A DNA stretch of 25,067 bases from assembly GCA_964244895.1 (NCBI GenBank), contig CAXTKV010000056.1:1-25067 (forward strand), written 5' to 3'. This DNA is from an uncultured Deinococcales bacterium. Lineage in GTDB: Bacteria; Deinococcota; Deinococci; Deinococcales; JAAFIG01. Shown here piece by piece: positions 9,273 through 17,925 of the stretch (positions are counted from its first letter, which is position 1; each line of letters opens with the position of its first letter). The translations under genes were made by a program, and so were the position numbers. Under the pieces are notes generated by a model. That model saw nothing but the letters and a program-made list of their open reading frames with translations. It was not told the origin of the DNA and searched no databases.

Positions 9273-10790
9273 TCAGGGTTGGACAAACGCGCCGAGGTCG
9301 GGCGAACCGCTCTGCGGAATCGGATTGCCCGCCAGGTCCGTTTGGATACCGAACTCGAGCAGGGGCGCGAGCGTCCCTGCGTCGCGTGCCGGACTCGAGT
9401 TCGCGACGTTGAAATCGCCGTTCAGGGCGTTGAGAAACTGCGGATCCGCAATGGACGAGCTCGAACTCATGCTTCCTCCGCCGATGTTGACGAACGCCCC
9501 GCCGCCCGATTTGAAGTAGAGGTTGTTGCCCTCGTCGAACGGCGCATCCGCGAAGACGACCGACACGCCGCGATTGGGCGCATTCCGCTGGTAAATGATG
9601 TTGTTGTGCGAACTCAGGATCGAACGCGTACAGCCCGAAAAGCAGGTCGTACCGATCGAAACCCAATAGGCGGTGTTGTTGAAAAACTTCGTGCCCGGAT
9701 TTGCGCCGAACGAACTCTGATCTCCACGAACCACCAGCATCGAACCATCGACCGTGCCACTGGCGACGTAGAGATTGAAGGCAAAGACGTTATCTCTGGC
9801 GAGATGGCTCGAGCTACCGCCGAGCTCTGAGAAGGTCGAATCGCCCCAGGTCGACCTGTTGTGGTGCGCGTAATTTCGGCTGCCGAGGTAAATCTCGATG
9901 GATGCGCCGTCCTCACCATAGTCCTCGGAACAGGCTTTGTGCCCCCAGAAGCTGTTGTAGGCGACCTCGTTGTCGTCGCTGTTGAGGACGATCGCTTGCG
10001 CGCCGACATCGTCTCCGTTGATGTCGGGCGTATCGATCTCCATGACGTTGTTGGCGGCAAATTCGTTATTCAGAATGTGATTCATCACGCCGTCGAGAAC
10101 CCGGACGCCGGTGCTCATGCCGGAGATTTTGCTGTTCTGCAGGGTATTGTTCGATGCGCCTTTTACGAACAGCACACCCTCTTGTTTGCCCTGAGGTTGG
10201 TTCTTACAAACGACGGCCTGAGGGTTGGAGCTGGGCGGATTCGCACCGACTTCGAGGTTCTCGATCAAGAGATAGCTCCCGCTGACCTCAATCGCGACCT
10301 TTCCAGCGTTGCGAATGCTTGGACGTTCGCCGCTGCCGTAAGCGGTCACCCGAATCGGTTTCTGTGCGGTACCCGACCAGGCCGCGTAGAGCGTTTCAGC
10401 CCACGTGCAACCGCGCTTCAACGCCAGCGCATCGCCCGGCGCGAGACTGGCCTTGTTCGCCCGACCGATGGTTTTCCAGGCCAGCGACTGGTTCGCACCC
10501 GAGTTGGAATCTGCTCCGGACTGGCAGTCGACGTACCGAGTTGTTCCTAAGACTGGTGGGGGCGATACCGGCGGCGGAGTCGCCGGGGGCAAGGCGGGCG
10601 GGGTGGGTTGAGGCGATGGTGGAGTGGGCGGCGCCGGCGGTGTTGATGGGGAAGGTGCTGCAGGAGGCGGTGAGCTCGGGGTAGGTGCAGGAGGAGCGAT
10701 CGGCACGGCGGCTTGATTGCAGCCGACCGCGATTGCGCAGAGGCAACCGATCAAAAGTTGCTCGGGTTTTCTTCTGAGGAATTCCAACAT
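9273..10790 (-). CDS. Lipoprotein with Pro-rich linker and right-handed parallel beta-helix (pectin lyase-like fold)
   Basis: Lipobox IAVGC and a ~50-aa Pro-rich linker. RYVDC..G.DSNSG....AWKTI, LAPGD..LKRG, Asn-ladder repeats (NNTLQNSKI, DNVFAFN, FFNNT, HNNII), and C-terminal ADPQF...GDF...SPARDAG...PDLGAF. Confidence 0.82.
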   Translation of the reverse strand: MLEFLRRKPEQLLIGCLCAIAVGCNQAAVPIAPPAPTPSSPPPAAPSPSTPPAPPTPPSPQPTPPALPPATPPPVSPPPVLGTTRYVDCQSGADSNSGANQSLAWKTIGRANKASLAPGDALALKRGCTWAETLYAAWSGTAQKPIRVTAYGSGERPSIRNAGKVAIEVSGSYLLIENLEVGANPPSSNPQAVVCKNQPQGKQEGVLFVKGASNNTLQNSKISGMSTGVRVLDGVMNHILNNEFAANNVMEIDTPDINGDDVGAQAIVLNSDDNEVAYNSFWGHKACSEDYGEDGASIEIYLGSRNYAHHNRSTWGDSTFSELGGSSSHLARDNVFAFNLYVASGTVDGSMLVVRGDQSSFGANPGTKFFNNTAYWVSIGTTCFSGCTRSILSSHNNIIYQRNAPNRGVSVVFADAPFDEGNNLYFKSGGGAFVNIGGGSMSSSSSIADPQFLNALNGDFNVANSSPARDAGTLAPLLEFGIQTDLAGNPIPQSGSPDLGAFVQP

Positions 10791-10975
10791 ACGTAATTGA
10801 GTCTGGCGTTTTCTGATGACCTCGCTGAACGATAGTTCACACTGGCTATTCAGTTAGGCTTGTTTGGTATTTTCGTCAGAGCGATTGCGCGGCCACTGCC
10901 ACAAGGGCAGCACGGTCTAGGGCACGATGTGGCGAACTTCGAGGTCTTGACGATCGTCGCCCAGCGTTTCTATCT

Positions 10976-11004
10976 CAACCACTCAGCTCCAGTCTGAGTG
11001 ATTG
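10976..11004 (-). terminator. 11-bp hairpin downstream of the ABC operon (terminator-like or mRNA-stabilising)
   Basis: Minus strand CAATCACTCAG-ACTGGAG-CTGAGTGGTTG, one G-U pair. No U-tract follows. Confidence 0.35.
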
Positions 11005-11005
11005 G

Positions 11006-11138
11006 TTGAATCAGTTTTATCCGGGTACATTCCTCGAGGCTTGCCTCGTCACTGACGATAATGTTCTCGAGACGTATTCGAGGGTGGCGTCCGATTTCGA
11101 GCTTTTCATACTCCGAGGCTTGCCTCGGTGAAGTTGAT
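11006..11138 (-). mobile_element. Putative non-autonomous miniature IS200/IS605-type element (no tnpA)
   Basis: Two copies of the palindrome CGAGGC-TT-GCCTCG (11035-11048, 11114-11127) in the same orientation, 79 bp apart. On the minus strand the unit follows TTTAAT and ends in TTCAA, like the subterminal-hairpin ends of ISDra2/IS608. Confidence 0.55.
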
Positions 11139-11140
11139 TA

Positions 11141-11193
11141 AACACCGTTCTGGACGGTGTTCCCTGAATTCAATAATTTGCGTGCTGGACGGT
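11141..11193. repeat. Intergenic palindromic repeat family, copy A
   Basis: AACACCGT-TCTGG-ACGGTGTT (8-bp stem), followed by ...AATAATTTGCGTGCTGGACGGT, the reverse complement of the family arm. Confidence 0.85.
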
Positions 11194-11217
11194 CTCGTCG
11201 CGCGGAATGAGCGATGT

Positions 11218-11412
11218 TCAGCGACGTTTCGCGCCCAGGCTCACCATCATGAAGGCGACCACCGCGAGCGGCAACAGCCACCAGGCGGGAACTCCGGCTC
11301 GAGACAGCAGGGCTGTGCCGATCAACCCGATCGCGACCGCTGCCGCCACGCGCCAATCATCGCCGACGATGAAGTCGTACCAGAATGCCGCGAACGAGAC
11401 CAGGAACTTCAC
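11218..11412 (-). CDS. Small membrane protein (64 aa)
   Basis: MKFLVSFAAFWYDFIVGDDWRVAAAVAIGL..., two hydrophobic segments. The GTG start overlaps the upstream stop (GTGA). Confidence 0.75.
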   Translation of the reverse strand: MKFLVSFAAFWYDFIVGDDWRVAAAVAIGLIGTALLSRAGVPAWWLLPLAVVAFMMVSLGAKRR

Positions 11413-12167
11413 GAAGCCTCCGAAGTCTTGAGGACGCCCGTGCGACGGCGGTGCAGAACCGTCACCAGTCCGTAAGACAGGGCTCCGTAGAGCGCCAGCA
11501 ACCCCAGGATCGAAAGATCCGCGCCCGGCCAGCTCGCGCCCGCGCCTTCCGCAGCCCAGAACGTGCCGAAGCTCGAGAGCATCAACCCGACCGCGAATTT
11601 GAGCGTGTTTTCTGGCACGCGGCTGAGGGGCTTGTGAACCGCGACCCCGACGATCAACACGACCACCAGCGCCGCCAACGCGCCCGCCGCCGCCAGCCCG
11701 ACCGCTTTCGAGGTCGCTCCGAAGGTCACGACGATGAACGCGACCTCGAGCCCCTCGAGAAACACACCCTTAAAACACAAGGTGAAGGCGTACCAGTCGA
11801 GCCCCGCCCGCACTTCCTGACCCTGCGCGCTCGCCTCGGCAGCCTCCCTGGCAAAGATCGCGTCTTCGTCGTGCAGGGCTTTGAGGCCGCTGGCGCGCAA
11901 AATCGCTTTGCGCCACCACTGGATGCCAAAGATCAACAGCAATCCGCCCACGATCAGGCGCAGCGTGTCGATCGGTACGCGATCCAGCGCCGGACCGAAG
12001 ATGACGATAATTGCGCTCAAGGCCACGAGCGCCGCACCCACGCCAATCAAGCTCGAGCGCCAGCCGCGCGTGGTTCCGGCGGCCAGCACAATGGTCAGGG
12101 CCTCGACCATCTCGACGGCGCTTGCGAGGAACGAGGCGAGCACGACGAATAGACCGCTTATTTCCAT
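11409..12167 (-). CDS. COG4280-like membrane protein (putative divalent-metal transporter)
   Basis: Start ATG 12167 (RBS GGAGG). About 7 TM in two pseudo-repeats, each with an ExxE motif (ASAVEMVEAL, GVFLEGLEVA), plus PLSRVPENTLKFAVG..FGTFW. Confidence 0.8.
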   Translation of the reverse strand: MEISGLFVVLASFLASAVEMVEALTIVLAAGTTRGWRSSLIGVGAALVALSAIIVIFGPALDRVPIDTLRLIVGGLLLIFGIQWWRKAILRASGLKALHDEDAIFAREAAEASAQGQEVRAGLDWYAFTLCFKGVFLEGLEVAFIVVTFGATSKAVGLAAAGALAALVVVLIVGVAVHKPLSRVPENTLKFAVGLMLSSFGTFWAAEGAGASWPGADLSILGLLALYGALSYGLVTVLHRRRTGVLKTSEAS

Positions 12168-13267
12168 TGGGTTCCTCCGGCTTCCTGCTGAGCATACGCA
12201 GCGTCCATACCCGAGATCGTGTGATGCCCCGTGTTGGCCTGGGTCGATGCGTCGAAGGCGTGAAGATACCCCGCGCGTGCCCGAACCCAGACGCGATCTT
12301 TCGGTTTGAGCCTCTGCGTATGCCAGGCCAGAACCCGGCCCCCGCCGAGCGCGAGCCAGCACTGGTAGCGTCCGCCGACGTAGGCCGCGTGTTCGACGGT
12401 GGCCAAAAGCGCATCCGGGGCGGGCGCAAGCACGATCTCGAGGCCTTCCGGGCGCAGGTAGACCTCGACTGGAACGGAGCCCGAAGCGTTTGGCGAAGAT
12501 CCAAAGCGCACTGTACCCGCTTCCAGGACGCCCTCCAAGCCACCCATCGCGCCGGTGAACCGCGCCACGAAGGGGCTGGCCGGGCGCTCGTAGACGGCCT
12601 CGGCGCTATCGAACTGAACCAGCTGCCCCGCGCTCATCACGCCGAGCCGGTCGGCCAGGAAGAACGCCTCGGACTGGTCGTGCGTGATGTAGACGCTGGT
12701 GATCGCGTACTCGCGCGTCAAGCGCGCGATCTCGAGGCGCAACTCCTCGCGCAATTGAGCGTCGAGATTTGAAAGGGGTTCATCGAATAAAAGCACCTCA
12801 GGTCGCCCGGCCAGCGCCCTGGCGAGCGCCACGCGCTGCTGCTGACCGCCGGAAAGTTCGTACGCAAATCGTGCGGCGTGCGCGGGCAGACCGACGCGCT
12901 CGAGCGCCTCGAGCGCCCGAGCCTTCCAGTCCGACAGGCGACGCTCGCGCAACGGTAACGCCACGTTTTCAAAGGTGCTGAGATGAGGCCAGAGCGCGTA
13001 TTCCTGAAAGACCATGCCCAACCCGCGAGCCTCCGAGGGCAGCCGCAGGCCAGAGCGCGCATCCTCGACCAGCTTCTCGCCGAGCTGAATCGTTCCGGCA
13101 TCCAGTGGCTCCAGCCCTGCGAGCGCGCGCAAGAGCGTCGTTTTGCCCGAACCCGACGGCCCCAACAGCACCACGAACTCGCCCGGCAGAGCGCTGAAGC
13201 TGACGTCCTGAAGCGCCTTCACCGATCCGAATCGCTTCGATGCCCCCTCGACGATGATGCCGCTCAA
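12158..13267 (-). CDS. ABC transporter ATP-binding protein (FbpC/PotA-like)
   Basis: Walker A GPSGSGKTT, Q-loop VFQEYALWPH, signature LSGGQQQRV, Walker B LLFDEP, H-loop ITHD, TOBE-like C-terminus. Confidence 0.96.
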   Translation of the reverse strand: MSGIIVEGASKRFGSVKALQDVSFSALPGEFVVLLGPSGSGKTTLLRALAGLEPLDAGTIQLGEKLVEDARSGLRLPSEARGLGMVFQEYALWPHLSTFENVALPLRERRLSDWKARALEALERVGLPAHAARFAYELSGGQQQRVALARALAGRPEVLLFDEPLSNLDAQLREELRLEIARLTREYAITSVYITHDQSEAFFLADRLGVMSAGQLVQFDSAEAVYERPASPFVARFTGAMGGLEGVLEAGTVRFGSSPNASGSVPVEVYLRPEGLEIVLAPAPDALLATVEHAAYVGGRYQCWLALGGGRVLAWHTQRLKPKDRVWVRARAGYLHAFDASTQANTGHHTISGMDAAYAQQEAGGTQWK

Positions 13268-15051
13268 GTCAACTCACCGAGCCGTGTGGAACGGACGGAT
13301 TGCTCATCGTGCGCGCCCCTGCGCCAAGCGGGTGGTGTCAAACGCGAGAAGGCCCAACGCGCCAACCCGACCGCAACCAGCACCAGGGCGACTGCCTCGA
13401 GTTCGAGCGCCGCGCCGAGGCTGAACTCGAAGTTGTTCGTGTACGTCACCAGTGCCACCGGCAGCGGCGGCGAACCGGGTGGGTACAAAAGTTCACTCAT
13501 CGGCAGCTCGAACATCACGTGGGTGGCCGCCAGCAACCAAGCTGAGAAAATCGGCACGGCCAACAGCGGCCCCGTGATGGCGCGCGCCACCGCGCTTGGA
13601 CGCAGGCCGTGGACGCGGGCGGATTCCGAGAGGCTGCGGTGCAACTGCGTCACCGGCCCGAGCAGCAATCGGCTCGTGGCGGGCATCCCTCCGGCGGCGT
13701 AAGCGGCGCACAATAGCCCGGCTGTGCCGTAGAGAGGGATGAAGGGTTGGTTGAAGGCGAAGATGTAGCCAGCCGCCAATACCAGACCCGGCATCGCCAT
13801 CGCGCCCAAGAGCGCCAGATCGAGTCCTCGGGCGATCGGCGTCGGTCGGGCCAGCAATCCGGCGAGCGAGAGCCCCAACCCAACCGCCACAGTTGCGGCA
13901 ATCAATGCCAAAAGCGCTGAGAAACAAAATGGCCCGACCAACCCGATCCGCGCGGCCTCGAGGAAATGCTCGAAGGTCAGGTTAGATAACACCAAGCCAT
14001 CCGAGAGCTTGCGCGTGAAGGCGCTAGAGACGGTTCCCAACGCCGGAATGCCGAGCGCCAACAGCGCCATCGTAACGAGCCCCGCTCGAGAAATAGTCGC
14101 GCTGAGGCCCGAGAGCCGGATGCGGCGCGCTGGTCTCGATCGGCCCGTCAGCGCGGCGTAAGCCCGAGCGCGCCGCGCGACGCGCGCCTGAAACCAGAGC
14201 GCCACACCCGAGGCCAACAACAGCAGCCAACTCGTCGCAGACGCCAGCGGGAAATCGAGCGGGTTGGCGTACAAGGCTCGGTAAATCGCGAAGGTCGCGA
14301 CCGGGAAGTGCGCGTTGGCGGCGAGCGTACTGGCCACACCGAAATCCCCGAGCGATTCCGCGAAACTGACCGCAAAGGCTGCCGCGATCGAGGGCAACAG
14401 GAGTTGCGCTGAAAGCAGAGCGCTCCGGCCCGAGCGCACACCGTGGACGCGGGCGGCTTCCTCGAGTTCACCGCCTGCACCGCTCCAACCCGGCGCAATG
14501 GCCAGGTACGCGAACGGCAGGTGCTTGAGGGCCAGCACCAGCGTCACCCCGACCGGGCCGAGGATCAACCCGCGCAGCCACGGCCACTCGAGACCGACCC
14601 CGCTCAGCAAACCGCCCCGTTGCACCAGCGTCAACCAGCCAATCGAGATCAGATACGACGGCGCCAGCAAAAGTACCCACACGAACCCGTCCACGAGGCG
14701 CGCTTCGCGCAAGTTCGTGCGTTGCGTCAGCCACGACAGCCACAGACCCAGCGCCGCCGAGATCACTGCCGAAGCGAGACCGACGATGAGGGAGTTTCGC
14801 AAAGCTTCGAGGGCGTACCCGCCGAGTGCCCTCGAGAACGAACCGATGCCCCCGCCCGCCTGCCCGAACAATCCCGGTACGAAGGAGAGCAGCAAAAAAC
14901 TGACCATCGGAAAGAGCAACAGCGCGCCGACCGTCAAAGCGACGAATAAGCCACCCAACGACTCGCCGAGCCCGCGAGCAGTATGGTCGAACGCCCGACC
15001 GAAACGAGGGCGGGCGTTCGCGCGCTGAGGGTTGAGAATCGGCGCAGCCAC
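13264..15051 (-). CDS. ABC transporter permease (FbpB/AfuB-type, two TM modules)
   Basis: About 12 TM with two EAA loops (ELEEAARVHG, SLSESARVHG). Confidence 0.93.
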   Translation of the reverse strand: MAAPILNPQRANARPRFGRAFDHTARGLGESLGGLFVALTVGALLLFPMVSFLLLSFVPGLFGQAGGGIGSFSRALGGYALEALRNSLIVGLASAVISAALGLWLSWLTQRTNLREARLVDGFVWVLLLAPSYLISIGWLTLVQRGGLLSGVGLEWPWLRGLILGPVGVTLVLALKHLPFAYLAIAPGWSGAGGELEEAARVHGVRSGRSALLSAQLLLPSIAAAFAVSFAESLGDFGVASTLAANAHFPVATFAIYRALYANPLDFPLASATSWLLLLASGVALWFQARVARRARAYAALTGRSRPARRIRLSGLSATISRAGLVTMALLALGIPALGTVSSAFTRKLSDGLVLSNLTFEHFLEAARIGLVGPFCFSALLALIAATVAVGLGLSLAGLLARPTPIARGLDLALLGAMAMPGLVLAAGYIFAFNQPFIPLYGTAGLLCAAYAAGGMPATSRLLLGPVTQLHRSLSESARVHGLRPSAVARAITGPLLAVPIFSAWLLAATHVMFELPMSELLYPPGSPPLPVALVTYTNNFEFSLGAALELEAVALVLVAVGLARWAFSRLTPPAWRRGAHDEQSVRSTRLGELT

Positions 15052-15060
15052 GATCTGCCG

Positions 15061-16077
15061 TTACCGGGCGATCGTGTTCGCAAACCAGGTGTTGATCTCG
15101 GCTTCGCGCGGCCCCCACATCTGCGGATCGACCTTCTGGTACGGAACCTTCTCGAGCGGTGTAGCCAGCGGATGGGCGCTCGCGCCCTCGACGAGCGGGT
15201 AGTAGTAGCCGTCGCTGTCGCCGGAGGTCAACGCGAGCTTCTGCCCCTCGGGCGAGAGGAAAAACTCGACGAATTTCTTGGCCGAGGCCAGCGCCTCGGG
15301 GCTCGACTTGGCGCTCAGGCCGAAATCGGACGGAAGGAGCGCCACACCCTTGGGGAACACGACGCGCACGGCTTCCTTCTTGACGAGCGCATCCACGCCT
15401 CGCGTGCTCTGCGTGGCGGCCACGGCGATGGCTCCGGCGTAGAGTTGCTTGACCAGCGGGCCGCCCGTATCGAAGACCTGAAGCCCGTTCTGCTTGAGGC
15501 TCATCAGGAGCGCTTTGCCCTGATCCACGCCGCCGAGCGTCTGCATCAGCCCAGCCACGAGCGGGTACGTCGGGCCGGAGACCGCCGGGTTCGGCATGCC
15601 GACGAGACCTTTCCATTCGGGTTTGGTCAGATCCTGCCAGCTCTGGGGCGTCTTGTTTTCGGGCACCATTTTTGTGTTGACCAGGAACACGCCTGCGAGG
15701 GTCACGCCGCCCGGCACGTAGGCTTTGTCGGCGGGTCGGACTTCCTTGGAGAGTGCGTTCCACTTGACGGAAGGCTCCCAGCCCTTGAGGAGCATGTCTT
15801 GGTTGGCCAGGTCGCGCATCGCCTCGCCGCCATCGAACCAGGCGAGATTCCACTGCGGGTTCTGCTTTTCAGCTTGGACTTTGGCCACCAGCGGTCCAGT
15901 GCTGAGGTCGACGAGTTTGACCGGAATACCGGTGGACTTGGTGAAGGCATCCGCCACGGCCTGCGCGTAGCCAATGGCTGAGTAGAGCACGAACGGGGTC
16001 GGCGATTGCGCCCGTGTGATCGCACCGAGGGCGGTTAGCCCGAGCACGGTTCCGAAAGCGAGCTTGAATGTGTTCAT
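15061..16077 (-). CDS. ABC substrate-binding protein (AfuA/FbpA/PhnS-like family)
   Basis: Start ATG 16077 (RBS GAGGAGG) with a signal peptide ending TRA-Q. AFTKSTGIPV, STGPLVAKVQAEKQNP, PQSWQDLTKPEWKG, MPNPAVSG, AKKFVEFFLSPEGQ. Confidence 0.92.
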   Translation of the reverse strand: MNTFKLAFGTVLGLTALGAITRAQSPTPFVLYSAIGYAQAVADAFTKSTGIPVKLVDLSTGPLVAKVQAEKQNPQWNLAWFDGGEAMRDLANQDMLLKGWEPSVKWNALSKEVRPADKAYVPGGVTLAGVFLVNTKMVPENKTPQSWQDLTKPEWKGLVGMPNPAVSGPTYPLVAGLMQTLGGVDQGKALLMSLKQNGLQVFDTGGPLVKQLYAGAIAVAATQSTRGVDALVKKEAVRVVFPKGVALLPSDFGLSAKSSPEALASAKKFVEFFLSPEGQKLALTSGDSDGYYYPLVEGASAHPLATPLEKVPYQKVDPQMWGPREAEINTWFANTIAR

Positions 16078-16503
16078 CAGTGTTGCCTCCTCGAGATGTA
16101 CGGACGACTCGTGTATCAGGAGTAAGCTCGCACCGTCATGCCGTCGTGATCTGGCGCCACGCCTTGAGAAGGCTGAGCGTGCATACGCATTGAATCGTGC
16201 CAGCGAGAACACTCAAATCAGTCTCGCAGCGCTCAGGCTGTTGATGCAGGTTGGCTCGAGGTCGGATTGGGCACGATCGTTTGCGTTGGGAACGCGATAC
16301 AGCCGAACGAATCTTCAGCATCGGTGCGAAGATGCGAAACGACGAAGCACCAGGAACCAAGGATGGGGCGCGAGAGCTGGTCGAGCGGGAATTGATCGCT
16401 TTCGTTCGTGCGCTTGCGTCTGCGCGATTCTTGCGGCGGGCTGTGCTGGTGCGCGAAGACCTGCTCGGGTTTCTCGGTGAGCAGGAGACGCGTTGCGCCG
16501 CCA

Positions 16504-16878
16504 TCAGGGTTCGGTCTTGTCGATGATCGCGTTCAAAATGGCCGCCAGAGCCGCCAGCGAGACCGGTTTACGCAAGAAAAACGCGGCGCCGGCGAGCTTC
16601 GCATCCGATGCGAGCGTCAGGTCGTCATCGCCCGTGAGCAGCACAATCGGGGTGGCCATTCCCCTTTCTTGAAGCGCCCGAAGGACGCCCAGCCCGCCGA
16701 GTCCAGGCATGCGGTTATCCAACACAATCGCCGAGGGTGCGTTCGCGAGGGCCGAGCTGACCCCTTCGATCCCGTCGGAGGCGGTATCGACCTCGAAACC
16801 CTCGAGCCTGAGACCCCGGCGCAGCATGGATCGAATCCCGGCGTCGTCATCAATCACCAGAATCCTGTTCAGGGTCAT
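16504..16878 (-). CDS. Single-domain response regulator (receiver only)
   Basis: Start ATG 16878 (GGAG RBS). ILVIDDD, phospho-Asp in VLDNRMPG, LLTG, FLRKP. The protein ends after helix 5 with no output domain. Confidence 0.88.
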   Translation of the reverse strand: MTLNRILVIDDDAGIRSMLRRGLRLEGFEVDTASDGIEGVSSALANAPSAIVLDNRMPGLGGLGVLRALQERGMATPIVLLTGDDDLTLASDAKLAGAAFFLRKPVSLAALAAILNAIIDKTEP

Positions 16879-17049
16879 TTTCTTCGCTCCAGACGTGTCA
16901 TTGCGCCACGGTACGTTGTGGGACTGAAGGGCGGCTGATCGAGCTCGATGGCGCGGTTTCGGCTGTATTGGCCCTCCAAACACCGTTTTCTGCGAGAACG
17001 CGAGGCTTTCTTCGAGAATCCGAGGTGGGATCGTTCTGACGTTGCCCTT

Positions 17050-17079
17050 GATCCCTCGAGCGCGCGTACTCGAGGGATC
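17050..17079. terminator. Perfect 11-bp inverted repeat downstream of the small basic protein gene
   Basis: GATCCCTCGAG-CGCGCGTA-CTCGAGGGATC, about 25 nt after the stop at 17104. No U-tract. Confidence 0.45.
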
Positions 17080-17103
17080 CGGTTCGTGCCGTCCATGAGG
17101 ATC

Positions 17104-17322
17104 TCAGACCTGTCGTTTGCGCCGCGTTTCCCAGCCTCTCCGAGCGGCTTCAGATCGCCCCGAGCCTGATCGCTGACCGCCGCCATCGTGCTTGTTGACC
17201 GTCGCCCAAGCGATTGATTCAGCGCGTTCATCGGCTGCGCCGCGTTCGCGGTAGGTCTCTTCGATGTGGGCAGCCTGGCGCTTTTGTTTGTCGGTGTACG
17301 CGTCCTGGTCGCCGCGTGGCAT
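17104..17322 (-). CDS. Small basic hydrophilic protein (widespread family often labelled 'plasmid stabilization protein'; probably stress-related)
   Basis: MPRGDQDAYTDKQKRQAAHIEETY...AESIAWATVNKHDGGG...SEAARRGWETRR. The ATG directly abuts the upstream stop. Confidence 0.85.
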   Translation of the reverse strand: MPRGDQDAYTDKQKRQAAHIEETYRERGAADERAESIAWATVNKHDGGGQRSGSGRSEAARRGWETRRKRQV

Positions 17323-17925
17323 TCAGTAGTTCAGGCTCACGCCGGTCAAGGTCTGGCTGATCGTGTCGTCTGCGGTGCCCGTGTTGAGGGCCAAGTTGGT
17401 ATCGCGGTTGGCGTCAACGACCACGTTCCAGCCTTTGACGAGCGGTTTGCCCGCCACCAGATCCTGGTTGTCGGTGGCGTACACCAGGTAGCGGTCACCG
17501 CCGTCAGCTTTGCCGTTGGCTGAATCGGTCAGAATCCGATCCTTACCGCCGGCGCTGTTGGTGGCGTCTCGATCGTATTTGTTGTCGTCGTTGATGTCGT
17601 CGAACACGACCACCCGAAAGAAGGCTTTCGTGCCGCCACCGATGTCGATGGTTTTCGGAAGGCTGCCCGTGTAAGCACCGACGCCGCCCGTCAGGGTGAA
17701 GGCGTTCAGGAATTGTGCGGCCTCGAGTTCCGTGGTGTTGGCTCCGAAAGTGCTGTACCTGACGAGCGCGAGCCGGTAATCGGCTGCTGCCGGAGCCACC
17801 CCGGCGACGTTGCCCGTCACGACTGGGCCGCCGCCGCCGACGTTGCCGAGCAGACCGCACGATCCGAGTCCTGCTGCCGTTGCCGCGCCGAGCGCGAGTT
17901 TGACGATGGTCGAGATGGATTTCAT
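17323..17925 (-). CDS. Hypothetical lipoprotein (200 aa)
   Basis: Start ATG 17925 with RBS AGGAGG. Lipobox LGSC, beta-rich sequence, and a Dx[DN]xDx-like loop (DDINDDNKYD). Confidence 0.82.
   Translation of the reverse strand: MKSISTIVKLALGAATAAGLGSCGLLGNVGGGGPVVTGNVAGVAPAAADYRLALVRYSTFGANTTELEAAQFLNAFTLTGGVGAYTGSLPKTIDIGGGTKAFFRVVVFDDINDDNKYDRDATNSAGGKDRILTDSANGKADGGDRYLVYATDNQDLVAGKPLVKGWNVVVDANRDTNLALNTGTADDTISQTLTGVSLNY

Noticed and set aside
10550..10700. G-rich, G-quadruplex-like runs (also at 25020-25067)
   Set aside because: Fully explained as the antisense of CCN proline codons in linker regions.
10791..10970. Riboswitch (c-di-GMP or c-di-AMP) upstream of the glycan lipoproteins
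   Set aside because: I found no consensus motifs of those classes on the minus strand.
16136..16504. Frameshifted DNA-binding domain of the response regulator
   Set aside because: The minus-strand frames I translated downstream gave no convincing winged-helix or HTH sequence.
16978..17000. AAACACCGTTTTCTGCGAGAACG as a sixth repeat copy
   Set aside because: Only about 9-10 nt match and there is no partner arm. It may be a decayed relic but cannot be supported.
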